Shown one piece after another: positions 47,853-58,355 of a DNA stretch of 64,000 bases. The notes under the pieces are model-generated. The model saw only the letters and a program-made list of their open reading frames with translations. It was not told where the DNA came from and did no database searches. Source of the DNA: Oscillatoriaceae cyanobacterium Prado104 (GTDB lineage: Bacteria > Cyanobacteriota > Cyanobacteriia > Cyanobacteriales > Microcoleaceae). Each line of letters starts with the position of its first letter. Within the stretch, counting starts at the first letter, position 1. The DNA lies in the NCBI GenBank assembly GCA_025454405.1, contig JALOON010000042.1, forward strand, positions 25,334 through 89,333, read 5' to 3'. Both the position numbers and the translations under genes were made by a program.

Positions 47853-48153
47853 CAAATATTGGCTCCTCAAAAAGTTGCTCCGAACGCAAAATCTAAATTT
47901 CAGCACTCTGACGATATAGATATATAGCTTGGTGGTAGGTGATATCAATTCCTGTTGCATCGGTATGAGATGTTAGGCACGCTTCAAAGAGCAGTATCAA
48001 ACTATATAATTCCGAATCAACCGGAAACCATATGAGGTACAGAAACAACCTCAAAAATCCTGAAATTTACAGAATTAGCGTGCACCTCACGTTCGCGACG
48101 CTATAAAACTATCGGAGTGCTTAGCCAAAATAGGTTTGATTTAGATTCCTGCG

Positions 48154-48783
48154 TTACAAATTACCTTCATTCACGTCGGTGTATTGATAGTTGTAAAACT
48201 CCGTTCCAGTCGCCTCGTTAATGATGACTACTCGTGCCTTTTCTCGATCGTACATGACCCGCACCCGTCCGTCGGAACCACTAAATTTATTGCCCGAAGT
48301 GCGCGTTAAAACACCAGAGAAATTGAACTCTCCTTCTGTAATTTGCACCTCTATTTGGTTGGCATTGCGGGCAGTCATTTTCGTTGATGGAATCTTTGAT
48401 GCTTGGCTGGATGAAGGTTGACTGGACTGATTAGAAGCAGCAGCGTTACTCCAGTAAACATAGATCGATTCATTGGCGAGGCGATAAATTTGCCCTCTGT
48501 CGCCGAGTCCTTCTTGCCGGTAGGCCTCACGACCATTTTGGTCGCGATAATTGCCCGGTCGATCGCCCGCCGGAGTTAATTCATAGCGTTTGCCATTTTT
48601 CAGTTGGATGCTAACGGCACCCTGTCTTTGCGAAAAGGTACAGGGACTTGAAGACGTGGCGCGATCTTCCCCTTTTGGATACAGGTCACAACGGGCATTC
48701 ACCGTGTCTGCTAAAGCAATATCAGTAATACCGCAAGAGGCGATCGCCGCTGCCATCGCTAACAACGAATTTGCAAGTTTCAT
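48154..48783 (-). CDS. Hypothetical secreted protein (signal peptide, Cys pairs)
   Basis: A 209-aa ORF beginning MKLANSLLAMAAAIASCGITDIALA. Confidence 0.5.
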   Translation of the reverse strand: MKLANSLLAMAAAIASCGITDIALADTVNARCDLYPKGEDRATSSSPCTFSQRQGAVSIQLKNGKRYELTPAGDRPGNYRDQNGREAYRQEGLGDRGQIYRLANESIYVYWSNAAASNQSSQPSSSQASKIPSTKMTARNANQIEVQITEGEFNFSGVLTRTSGNKFSGSDGRVRVMYDREKARVVIINEATGTEFYNYQYTDVNEGNL

Positions 48784-48929
48784 TCCAGGGAAATCTCCTA
48801 ATATAGAGGGGGACCACGAACAGGATATTTAAAATAAACTCATGGCGGGAGTTACAGTTTTGCCATTAAGCCCGATCGCTGCTGGCTGTGAAAATAATAC
48901 AACTTCTCTAGTGAATAGATAAACAAAGC

Positions 48930-49295
48930 TACGGAAATTTTTAATGTATTGAAATACTCAAATAACATTTTCTTTCTCCCGACCCCTCCGTCAATATCTC
49001 GCAAAAACTATTGACTTTTTAAACTAAAAATGGTACAGAACAATTGATAGCTAACAGTTGACAGTTGACAGGGCTGAAGTTGGAAGAGTTGACGGTTGAC
49101 AGTTGACAGCAAACAGTTTGACAGCAAACTGTTGAGACAGGAAGCGCGATCGCGATCGTTTGAAACTGCTCAGCACCGCTAGCACAGACCAAAAACAATC
49201 CAACGGCAGGCAAGCTTCCAATCCTGACCCCATCAAAAATCGAAAATCCCAAATCCCAAATCCCAAATCAAAAACGGTATCAACTTACCCCGATC
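48930..49295. repeat. Copy B of the duplicated non-coding element (see 43990-44395); includes TTGACAG and AAATCCC heptamer runs
   Basis: See copy A. The small ORFs 49019..49252 and 49051..49266 are artefacts. Confidence 0.75.
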
Positions 49296-49359
49296 GTCGA
49301 GCACTAAAGCGCTAACATAGTTGGAATCGAAATTAACTATAGTTTAAGAATTAAGTAGC

Positions 49360-50625
49360 TTGTCTCAACTCCTCACTGCTTTAGAGTTCCCAGCCAATGT
49401 CTGGAAGCTTAACAACGGGTTAACAGTCATTCACCAGCGTGTTTCGGCCACACCGGTGGTCGCGCTTGATGTGTGGGTAAAAGCTGGCGCAACGCTAGAG
49501 CCAGATTCGTGGTCGGGAATGGCTCACTTTCTAGAACACATGATATTTAAAGGGACTGACACGATCGCCCCTGGAGAATTTGATTGGATCGTAGAAAATG
49601 GCGGCGGCATCGCCAACGCAGCTACCAGCCACGATTACGCACATTTTTTTGTCACAGCCGCCGCCGACTATTTAGCAGAAACAGCGAAACCGCTGGCCCA
49701 ATTGCTGCTGCGCGCTGCGATTCCCGATGCAGAATTCGATCGCGAGCGACATGTCGTACTCGAAGAAATCCGCCAAGCTCAGGATAATCCAGACTGGATC
49801 GCTTTTCAGGCGCTGATGGAAACAGTTTACGAACACCATCCTTACAGGCGTTCGGTATTGGGCACCGAAGAATTGCTGCTGTCGCGATCTCCCCACGAAA
49901 TGCGCTGCTTCCACCGAGAGCACTATCAGCCGGAAAATATGACTGTGGTAATCGTCGGCGGCATTGGCGAACAACAAGCAATGGACTTAGCCTTCGAGGC
50001 TTTCGATCCGTTTTTCGACAGGTGGGACTGCCCGAAAATGGAAATAGAAGCCGAACCGCCGCTGGTAGAAATTCGCCGTCAAGAAATCTACCTCCCGAGA
50101 TTGGAACAAGCCAGACTGCTGATGGCTTGGACTGGGCCGGGAGTAGAACACTTGCAAAGTGCTTGCGGCTTGGATTTGCTCTCGGTATTGCTCGCAGACG
50201 GGCGGACTTCGCGCTTGGTCAGAGAACTGCGGGAAGAATTACAATTAGTAGAGGCGATCGGCAGCTCTTTCTCGCTGCAGCGGGAGTCGAGTTTGTTTAC
50301 TATCAGTGCTGTCTTGGAACCGCAGCACCTCGCAGAAGTAGAAGCTCGAATTTGCGATTTGCTGTGCCAATTGCAGTCACAGCCAATTTCCGAGGCAGAA
50401 TTGCACCGTTCCCAGCGCTTGCTGTGCAACGATTTTGCATTTTCGATCGAAACCCCCGGACAACTGGCCGGTCTTTACGGGTACTACAATACGATCGCCA
50501 GTGCTGAATTGGGAATGGCCTATCCGAGCAGAATTAAGTCATTCCAGCCCTCGGACTTGCAGCGCTTAACTCAACAGTATCTTTCTCCCCAACGCTACGC
50601 CGCGGTGGTGTTGAAACCAGCCTAA
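49360..50625 (+). CDS. M16-family zinc peptidase (pitrilysin/insulinase-like), active subunit
   Basis: Inverted zinc motif HFLEH with a downstream Glu (MAHFLEHMIFKGT). Length 421 aa. Confidence 0.85.
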   Translation: MSQLLTALEFPANVWKLNNGLTVIHQRVSATPVVALDVWVKAGATLEPDSWSGMAHFLEHMIFKGTDTIAPGEFDWIVENGGGIANAATSHDYAHFFVTAAADYLAETAKPLAQLLLRAAIPDAEFDRERHVVLEEIRQAQDNPDWIAFQALMETVYEHHPYRRSVLGTEELLLSRSPHEMRCFHREHYQPENMTVVIVGGIGEQQAMDLAFEAFDPFFDRWDCPKMEIEAEPPLVEIRRQEIYLPRLEQARLLMAWTGPGVEHLQSACGLDLLSVLLADGRTSRLVRELREELQLVEAIGSSFSLQRESSLFTISAVLEPQHLAEVEARICDLLCQLQSQPISEAELHRSQRLLCNDFAFSIETPGQLAGLYGYYNTIASAELGMAYPSRIKSFQPSDLQRLTQQYLSPQRYAAVVLKPA

Positions 50626-50675
50626 AACTAATCTAATTAGGTGACAGTAAGTATCCAATTTATTCAAAAGCTCGA

Positions 50676-50870
50676 ATTGATGCAAAATCGGCAAGATCTA
50701 TTGATGCAAAATTGGCAAGCTCTATTGATGCAAAATTGGCAAGCTCTAATTTATTCAAAGGTCGCGAGCGGGGACGCTCGCACTCTCATGTATTCCTACA
50801 AGATCGCGAGCGGGGACGCTTGCAATTTCAGACATTCCCACAAAGCCGCGAGCGGGGACGCTCGCACTGT
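50676..50870. repeat. Two adjacent tandem repeats: 3 x 24 bp (ttgatgcaaaattggcaagctcta), then ~2.5 x 44 bp units carrying a palindrome GCGAGCGGGGACGCTCGC
   Basis: Read directly from the sequence. The spacers between hairpin copies resemble each other (..attcc.acaa..), so this is a tandem repeat and not a CRISPR array. ORF 50641..50952 is an artefact. Confidence 0.8.
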
Positions 50871-50955
50871 CGATGATACAACTGGAAGCGATATTACCGA
50901 TTTCCTATTCTCAATTATTGATTGCCGATTACTAAATTACCGATCGAACTAAGCA

Positions 50956-52224
50956 ATGAAACATGAAATCCGCCGCACAGTTTTAGACAACGGTATCGTT
51001 GTCTTGGCATCAGAAAATCCCGCAGCAGATATTATTGCAGCTAGAATATTTCTCCGCGCTGGCAGCCGCTGGGTGCAGCCGGAACAAGCAGGATTGTGCC
51101 ACTTGCTGTCGGCTGTAATTACAAAAGGAACCGATCGGCTGTCTTCTTTAGAAATTGCCGAGCGCGTAGAATCGGTAGGAGCGAGGCTGAGTGCAGACAC
51201 GACAACCGACTATTTTTTAGTAAGTTTAAAAACAGTTTCCGCCGACTTTACCGATATTTTGGCACTAGCAGGGGAATTGCTGCGATCGCCCACATTTCCC
51301 GAAGCCGAAGTCGAACTCGAACGCCGAATTGCCCTATCGGCAATTCGATCGCAGCGAGAACAGCCGTTTGCCATCGCTTTCGAGCAACTGCGACACGCCA
51401 TGTACGGCGAACATCCCTACGCTTTCTCACCCCTGGGTTCGGAAGCTACCATGTCGCAACTTACTAGAGCCGATCTCGAACAGTTTCACAAAACCTATTT
51501 TCGCCCAGATAATGTAGTTATTTCTGTTGCCGGTCGGATTGCACCCGAAGATGCGATCGCCGAAATCGAGCGCGTGTTTGGCGACTGGAAAGCGCCCGCT
51601 ACGCCCCTGCCAACTTTAAGCGTACCCCTCATCTTCACCCAACCGCGATCGACCGTAACGCCTCAAGAAACGCAGCAATCGGTGATTATGCTGGGCTACC
51701 TGGCACCAGCAGTAAAACAGCCCGACTACGCAGCGATGAAGTTGCTCAACACCTATCTCGGCAACGGTTTGTCGAGTCGGTTGTTTGTGGAATTGCGGGA
51801 AAAGCGGGGCTTAGCTTACGACGTTTCCGCACTGTACGCGACGCGCTTGGATGAGGCGCAATTTGTCACGTACATGGGTACGGCACCGGAGAATACAGTG
51901 ACTGCTTTTGAAGGATTGCGTACAGAGGTCGATCGACTGGCTAGCATTCAATTAGATGAAGCAGAATTGCAAGCTTGCAAGAATAAAATGCTCGGTCAAT
52001 ATGCCTTAGGAAAACAAACTAATTCGCAAATCGCGCAAGTTTTAGGTTGGTACGAAACCTTAGGATTGGGAATCGAGTTCGATCGAGAGTTTCAAGAAGA
52101 AATTGCAGCGGTAACTACCTTCCAAGCGCGGGAAGCTGCTCAGAAATACTTCATCGAACCGTATATTTCATTAGTCGGACCTGAGGTCGCGATCGCAGAA
52201 TTGGGCGCAGCCGCTGTTAGTTAG
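50956..52224 (+). CDS. M16-family peptidase, non-catalytic partner subunit
   Basis: Same fold as the 49360 gene, but the HxxEH site is replaced (HLLSAVITKGT). It is the typical second member of cyanobacterial processing-protease pairs. Confidence 0.8.
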   Translation: MKHEIRRTVLDNGIVVLASENPAADIIAARIFLRAGSRWVQPEQAGLCHLLSAVITKGTDRLSSLEIAERVESVGARLSADTTTDYFLVSLKTVSADFTDILALAGELLRSPTFPEAEVELERRIALSAIRSQREQPFAIAFEQLRHAMYGEHPYAFSPLGSEATMSQLTRADLEQFHKTYFRPDNVVISVAGRIAPEDAIAEIERVFGDWKAPATPLPTLSVPLIFTQPRSTVTPQETQQSVIMLGYLAPAVKQPDYAAMKLLNTYLGNGLSSRLFVELREKRGLAYDVSALYATRLDEAQFVTYMGTAPENTVTAFEGLRTEVDRLASIQLDEAELQACKNKMLGQYALGKQTNSQIAQVLGWYETLGLGIEFDREFQEEIAAVTTFQAREAAQKYFIEPYISLVGPEVAIAELGAAAVS

Positions 52225-52388
52225 AGAAATATGTGGGGGCAGATTCTCCAACTTATTTTCAAAATTCAGATCCCCCTAAATCCCCCTTAAAAAGGGGGAC
52301 TTTGAGACTCTTTTTCAAACTTATGATATTGCTGCGGGCGTGTTTGTTAAAATCCTAATTAGAATTAATAGGAAAAACAATCAATGTT

Positions 52389-53219
52389 ATGTTGACCATC
52401 ATTCGGGAAAACACTACAGAGCTAGAACTCAAAGCTGAGTTTCCGCTTGCTTTGAAAATTTTTCTCCTATACTGGGCCTGTGGCTTTGCAGGAATTCCCA
52501 TATTTTCGGTGCTAGTATGGGTGAGTCCGGACACTGGCACGACCAGTCTTGCCTGCCAACGTATTGAGCCGACGCAAATTGAATGTAAGAAGTCAAGATC
52601 GCGATATTTTGGTATCATCTCTGGGTCTTCTGAATCGATCGCACCCGTCTTGCAAGCAGAATTCAAAACCAAAGAAATTCTCGAAAATGATGGCGATAGA
52701 ATGGTGAGAAGCTGGCTATCGCTTAGAACTTATGCCGGGGAAACTAAAATTATTGAGGATTTATACAATCAAGCGTCAGGAGATATTTCTCAAGCGAAAA
52801 AGATGGAAGCGATCGCATCTCAAATTCAAACTTTCATCAATTCCCAATCTCCGTCCATCACTCTCGTGTTAGACAGCAATTTACAACAAGGAATTGGGTT
52901 CTCCCTGTTCTTGAGTATCCTGCCTTCGATCGCAGCACTGGTCCTTTATTTGAGCCTGCGTTCCCAGATAGTCATTCTCGATAAAACAAACAATCGCTAC
53001 ACCCATGTAGTACACACACTGCTGGGAACACGCATTCAGGAACATCACCTCAGCGAGATTCAAAAGATTGAAGTTAGAGAGGACGACGACCACGATGGAC
53101 CTAAAACTGCAACCTTGGTGATTAAGCTGCGATCGGGTCGGGTTTACAAACTAAATGGTACGGAGGATATTCCAAACGCCCATGCGATCGCACATCGCCT
53201 GAGAGTGTTTTTATACTGA
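52389..53219 (+). CDS. Hypothetical membrane protein
   Basis: A 276-aa ORF with two predicted TM segments and no motif I recognise. Confidence 0.45.
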   Translation: MLTIIRENTTELELKAEFPLALKIFLLYWACGFAGIPIFSVLVWVSPDTGTTSLACQRIEPTQIECKKSRSRYFGIISGSSESIAPVLQAEFKTKEILENDGDRMVRSWLSLRTYAGETKIIEDLYNQASGDISQAKKMEAIASQIQTFINSQSPSITLVLDSNLQQGIGFSLFLSILPSIAALVLYLSLRSQIVILDKTNNRYTHVVHTLLGTRIQEHHLSEIQKIEVREDDDHDGPKTATLVIKLRSGRVYKLNGTEDIPNAHAIAHRLRVFLY

Positions 53220-53265
53220 GTTTAATTATGCCGCCAGATCGCTCCACACTGTAATAATTTTTTAT

Positions 53266-54126
53266 CTAAACTCCTGTTAAAAATTGGTCAACACTTTGCT
53301 GCCAGTATTCCTCATCAACCGTAACGAGCAAACTATGACCCGTATTGGGGAAAATAGTTAGTTGCTTAGAACCTTGCAAATTTTTAAAGATTCGATCGAT
53401 CTCCACTACAGTAGTCCACTTATCAAGTCTGCCATGCAATAACAAAGCAGGGCATTTAACTTTCTTAGCATAAGTTACTGGATTATGCGTAAAACCATTG
53501 ACTCTATGCTGAATACTTCCCCAAAAGACAACCATCTCAGCTATTGGAAATGTCGGAACCCTGATAGCTCTCAATCGACTTCTAACAGAATCTAAAAGTC
53601 GTGCAAAGGGAAGTTCAAGAATCACAGCATCAGGATTAATTTTTTCGCGGGCTACTGCTTTTAAGATCGCTGCACTCCCCATTGACACACCATAGAGGAT
53701 AAATGGACGCTGAAAATTTGAACGTTGGGCATAACCCAGTGCCAGAGCAACGTCTTTAGCTTCCCGCATACCTAGAGTTGTTGTATTGCCGCTAGAACCT
53801 CCTACACCTCGGAAATCAACAAGTAAGGTATCATAGCCCAAACGATGAAACACCTCGGTTGGGGCTAGAAGTTGTTTAGCTTTATTACCTGCATTACCAG
53901 GAAATAGCAGAACAGTACCGCTAGATACAGGACGTTGAGCGGGGATGAACCAGGTCTCTAGCCACTCAGTTTTTTTGATAGGGATACGTTGTGTGACATA
54001 TTCAAGCCCGACATCACTGGGGAGTTTGGAGCTAGTAGGTCTAGGAAGTCCTAACCCCCAACGACCAGGGGAATTAAAGTGCGTCAGAGCATAAGCGCCA
54101 ACGTAAGACAACGCATTAAGAGACAA
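53266..54126 (-). CDS. Alpha/beta-hydrolase fold protein
   Basis: Nucleophile elbow GVSMGS and the motif HGRLD; about 290 aa. Confidence 0.7.
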   Translation of the reverse strand: MSLNALSYVGAYALTHFNSPGRWGLGLPRPTSSKLPSDVGLEYVTQRIPIKKTEWLETWFIPAQRPVSSGTVLLFPGNAGNKAKQLLAPTEVFHRLGYDTLLVDFRGVGGSSGNTTTLGMREAKDVALALGYAQRSNFQRPFILYGVSMGSAAILKAVAREKINPDAVILELPFARLLDSVRSRLRAIRVPTFPIAEMVVFWGSIQHRVNGFTHNPVTYAKKVKCPALLLHGRLDKWTTVVEIDRIFKNLQGSKQLTIFPNTGHSLLVTVDEEYWQQSVDQFLTGV

Positions 54127-54224
54127 AAAAACAACCAGTACAACTTGGAAAAACCACTTTCTTTTTTTTTTCCCAATTTAAAGAACTGCAATAGCTGCAT
54201 TTACGCTACCTCTTATGTATTTCC

Positions 54225-54914
54225 TTATATGTATCGAAATAGAAGCCATATGAAACTGACAAGATACAACCCTCTCTGCAATAGCCCTAAACCAATTTTG
54301 ATTAGACTCTTTTTCGATAATCCAATTAAAGCAGAAAAGCCAATTATTAATGTGAAAAGTACAAAATTAGTTGTCTTCTGATTCGGATCGGAGTAGACAG
54401 ACGAATGCCAAAGAATTCCAAAGCTAAATGCAATGCCAGCAGTTTGAGCAAACAAAGAGTGTAATTTATCTTCGGCAACAGAGAATTTTAAAGAATGAGT
54501 AAAGGGAGCAGCACTAAAAACTCCAGTCATTAATACATTTAATGCATAAATTACAATCAAAATGTCAGAGTAGTTCTTCTCCTCAACGTAAATAAATGAC
54601 AATAAAAGAGTAGTGCTTAACAACACTCCAAATCCAATAAAGCCTGTTCGCATTAGCCATGCATTTTTATACTGCTGAGAACCTAAATCACTGACAGTAT
54701 TTACCTTCCAATTGTAATCGCTAGGAGCCAGAAAGTGAGCCAATACAATCGTTGCAATAAAAAACGCTACTGCGACACCAACTGCAATCATTGATTTTGC
54801 TACCTTTTGGTAAAATATTGCGAACAGTGGCAACCCCTTAACATAACCTCTCAAATCAGCGGCGGCTAGTAAACTCGAACTCAGTACCAACGACTTTTGA
54901 CCATCCACCTGCAT
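54225..54914 (-). CDS. Hypothetical integral membrane protein (6 TM; DUF998-like?)
   Basis: Hydrophobic profile. The DUF998 family assignment is tentative. Confidence 0.45.
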   Translation of the reverse strand: MQVDGQKSLVLSSSLLAAADLRGYVKGLPLFAIFYQKVAKSMIAVGVAVAFFIATIVLAHFLAPSDYNWKVNTVSDLGSQQYKNAWLMRTGFIGFGVLLSTTLLLSFIYVEEKNYSDILIVIYALNVLMTGVFSAAPFTHSLKFSVAEDKLHSLFAQTAGIAFSFGILWHSSVYSDPNQKTTNFVLFTLIIGFSALIGLSKKSLIKIGLGLLQRGLYLVSFIWLLFRYI

Positions 54915-55354
54915 TTGAGTTGTTAGACCAGCCTGCTTGGGCGATCGCCCCTACTTCTCGGCACTCCCAACTCCCCACCGACACCACAAGTATACTCAAC
55001 CTTTCACTCAAGACGAAAATGTTTCAGAACTTTTAACTTTGGCTCAAATTCTAGACTCGCTCAGTGTCTTGCTTTGGGGTCGATCGCATTCCCCACGATC
55101 GTGCTAAAACCAGCTAGTGTCAGGGTTCAACGCGACTGAAGAATCTCTGTTCAGTGCTAGCCTAACGGTGAAGTTGTGCGGTGGCAGACAACCTCGAACT
55201 CTCACCGACAACCTCTATTCCGTCCGCACCAACGCACACAAAATCTGATATCTCTATTTTTATTACCCAAATTGCGCCAACCGCCGATCGAAGTCCCCAC
55301 CTGCGGTAGGCTAGATCGGGTGAATATATCGGCTCCTAAACAAGCATCGCTCCT

Positions 55355-56326
55355 ATGTCTCCTATTACATCTGCCCCCTCCAGAACCGTCCGCATCGGTT
55401 CCCGCAAAAGCCAACTCGCCCTCGTGCAAACTCACTGGGTGCAAGCACAGCTTCAGCAACACTTTCCCGACCGCACTTTTGAAGTCCACACGATGGCCAC
55501 GCAAGGCGACAAAATTCTCGATGTCGCCCTCGCCAAAATTGGCGATAAAGGACTTTTTACTAAAGAATTAGAAACGGGAATGCTGAACAATGAAACGGAC
55601 TTTGCCGTACATTCCCTCAAAGATTTGCCTACCAATTTGCCCGAAGGTTTAATTTTAGGATGCGTTACCGAACGGGAAAATCCGGCTGACGCCCTCGTAG
55701 TTCACGAAAAACACAAAGACAAGCAACTTGACACCCTACCTGCCGGTGCTGTAATCGGCACTTCTTCCCTGCGCCGGCTAGCCCAATTGCGGCATCATTT
55801 CCCCCATTTTGAATTTAAAGATATTCGCGGCAATCTCAACACTAGACTCGCCAAATTGGACGAGGGCGGTTACGATGCGATTATTTTAGCAGTTGCGGGA
55901 TTGGAAAGATTGGGCATGAGCGATCGCATCCATCAAATTATCGCTCCCGAAATCTCCTTGCACGCCGTCGGACAAGGCGCTTTGGGCATTGAATGCCGCG
56001 CTGGAGATCCAGAAATCCTGCAAGTAATTAAAGCTTTGGAACACCAGGAAACCGCCCAGCGATGCTATGCCGAACGCGCGTTTTTGCGGGAATTGGAAGG
56101 CGGCTGTCAAGTTCCGATCGGCGTCAATACTAAAATAGAAAACGGTCAATTAACTTTAACTGGCATGGTAGCCAGTCTCGACGGCAAGCGGTTAGTAAAA
56201 GATACCGTAACTGGTGCTGCCGAAACCGCCGAAATGCTGGGAATTGACCTCGCTCACCGCTTGCGGAAACAAGGAGCTCAGGAAATTTTGGAGGAAATTT
56301 TTATCGAAGTTCAGCGCGGTTCTTAG
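55355..56326 (+). CDS. hemC: Porphobilinogen deaminase (hydroxymethylbilane synthase)
   Basis: [15 protein letters not shown]...KGLFTKELE...[23 protein letters not shown], a canonical HemC. Confidence 0.9.
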   Translation: MSPITSAPSRTVRIGSRKSQLALVQTHWVQAQLQQHFPDRTFEVHTMATQGDKILDVALAKIGDKGLFTKELETGMLNNETDFAVHSLKDLPTNLPEGLILGCVTERENPADALVVHEKHKDKQLDTLPAGAVIGTSSLRRLAQLRHHFPHFEFKDIRGNLNTRLAKLDEGGYDAIILAVAGLERLGMSDRIHQIIAPEISLHAVGQGALGIECRAGDPEILQVIKALEHQETAQRCYAERAFLRELEGGCQVPIGVNTKIENGQLTLTGMVASLDGKRLVKDTVTGAAETAEMLGIDLAHRLRKQGAQEILEEIFIEVQRGS

Positions 56327-56527
56327 ATACTGAAAGCATCGATTCTTAAATGCTGCTGCAAGATAGCGGTTCTCAAGTAAAGTGAGGTTCCCTGGCGATC
56401 GATTACCAATTACCAATCGTCCAGCTTACCTCATTATACTGCTGATTTCTATTGATTTTCAGCCAAAATCTGCAATTAAAAATCCCAAAGCAACCAGCAA
56501 TTTATCTAAATCGGGGAAAGACTAAAT

Positions 56528-57355
56528 ATGAGCGATCTGGAAAGTACATTAAAATTAGAAGTGGCAAAAGTTAAGCAACTTTACCGCAAAATGGAGGCCG
56601 ATCGCAACCTTTTGCAACAGCAAGTTAACGAACTCAAAACTCAGTCGGGAAACTTGGCTGATATAGTCGATCGAGTTTTGCCATCCGTAGTTTCAGTGTA
56701 TGTTATGGATTGGGATTTAGAAGAAGAAATTGCCTCCGGCAGCGGCTTCTTTGTGTCCCCCGACATCATTGTAACTAACTATCACGTCATCGCAGATATT
56801 GCCGAGGAAGATTATTTCTATGAAGAAGATGAAGTAGAACTGGTATTAGTGGAAACTTACGATGGAGAAATGCGGCTGGCCGAAGTAGTTTTTACAGGCA
56901 ATGCAGAAGAAGATTTAGCTTTGCTATTAGTTACGGATTTTATCATCGACCCGGAAACCGGAGAACAATTGGAATCTCCTCAAGAATATGCTCCCTTAGA
57001 ATTGTCTTTTGAGGTCAGAGTCGGCGATCCAGTAATTGCGGTGGGAAATCCATTAGGCGAGTTTGCTGCAACTGTAACGCAGGGAATTATTAGCGCAATT
57101 CGCGAACCCGATGAGTATGAAGAAGGAGAAGAAGACAGCGATATTGCAGAAGTGAAAGTATTGCAAACTGATGCGGCAATCAATCCGGGAAATTCAGGCG
57201 GTCCGTTAATTAATAGGGCCGGTCAAGTGGTAGGCGTGAATACCTGGGGCTGGGAAGAAGCCGACAGTATTAATTTGGCAATTTCTGCTGAAGCATTGGA
57301 TGATTTTTTAGCCGGATTTGAGGAAACTTTTGAGGGCGAACCTGAAGAGGAATAA
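56528..57355 (+). CDS. Trypsin-like (S1/HtrA-type) serine protease without PDZ domain
   Basis: Catalytic triad contexts TNYHV (His), DLALL (Asp) and GNSGGPL (Ser), plus an acidic C-terminus. Confidence 0.75.
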   Translation: MSDLESTLKLEVAKVKQLYRKMEADRNLLQQQVNELKTQSGNLADIVDRVLPSVVSVYVMDWDLEEEIASGSGFFVSPDIIVTNYHVIADIAEEDYFYEEDEVELVLVETYDGEMRLAEVVFTGNAEEDLALLLVTDFIIDPETGEQLESPQEYAPLELSFEVRVGDPVIAVGNPLGEFAATVTQGIISAIREPDEYEEGEEDSDIAEVKVLQTDAAINPGNSGGPLINRAGQVVGVNTWGWEEADSINLAISAEALDDFLAGFEETFEGEPEEE

Positions 57356-57639
57356 TCTATTAACTGTCGATCTGTATCAGCAGTTAGCGGTTATTCGATC
57401 GCGGGATTGACCGCTATCTAGGAACTGGGTTTTTTTACGGGAAAAATTCGCGATCTCGCGACAGATTCAGTAAAAAACCCGATTTTTTTGCTTTAATTTT
57501 TGGCAGCAGCTTCACTTTTTTAGCGCAACATTTTGTAGATTTGTTACAAGTTTGTAACTCTCAGTAGAGAGAGATTACGATCGACACAATAGAACTTACA
57601 CAAAACTTACTCAAGTAATTTGAGCTGCTATTTGTTGGG

Positions 57640-57925
57640 TAAGGTGCGCACTGCGCACCACGATTTGCCGGCCTCTAGGTGCGTTTTAAAATCCGATCCC
57701 CCCCAGCCCCCCTTAACAAGGGGGGAGCAAGAGCGTCATTTCAAAGTCCCCCTTCTTAAGGGGGATTTAGGGGGATCGAAACTTCAGGAAAAAAGCAAGA
57801 GTGTCATTTCAAAGTCCCCCTTCTTAAGGGGGATTTAGGGGGATCGAAACTTCGGAAAAAACGAGGTATTTAGAAAAGTTTTCTTTGAACATGACACACT
57901 TTGTCGCGCAGTGCGCACCCTACTA
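57640..57925. repeat. Repeat-rich spacer: GTAAGGTGCGCACTGCGCACC palindromic element (2 copies) and two ~70-bp C5/G5 units
   Basis: The 17-nt hairpin GGTGCGCA-C-TGCGCACC also occurs at 13163, 20121 and 38611. Confidence 0.8.
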
Positions 57926-58355
57926 ATCTCAATTACATTCGCCACTACAGGTGCATCTCAACTAGGCTAAAAACAAAAGACTCAGCAAATTTTTCTCTTA
58001 TGTTGACACGCTTTGCCCCCCGTACCCCCTCTTACCAAAAAGAGGAGTGTATTTCATAAACCTAAAATTTGCTGTTTCTAAAAACTACTCATACCGAATC
58101 CGGGCGGAGCGAAGCGGAGGGTTGAGACCCCCTTTATCTTAATCAACAAACGTAGGGACACGGCACTGCCGTGTCCCTACAATCGGAGATAATTAACCCA
58201 GATTTGGTATCATCCACGATCGACTGTCAACTATCAACTATCGGCAGTTTTGAGTTTTCAATTAAGAAATGTCTTTAACTCAAAACTCAAAACTCAAAAC
58301 TTTCCTTAACTGTCAACTGTCAACTGTCAACTCTCAACTCTCAACTATTAAAATC

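Noticed and set aside
50761-50870. Possible mini CRISPR array (three palindromic repeats at 44-bp spacing)
   Set aside because: The 'spacers' are similar to each other and only 19-20 nt long. There are three copies only and no cas genes in the window. It is better explained as a diverging tandem repeat.
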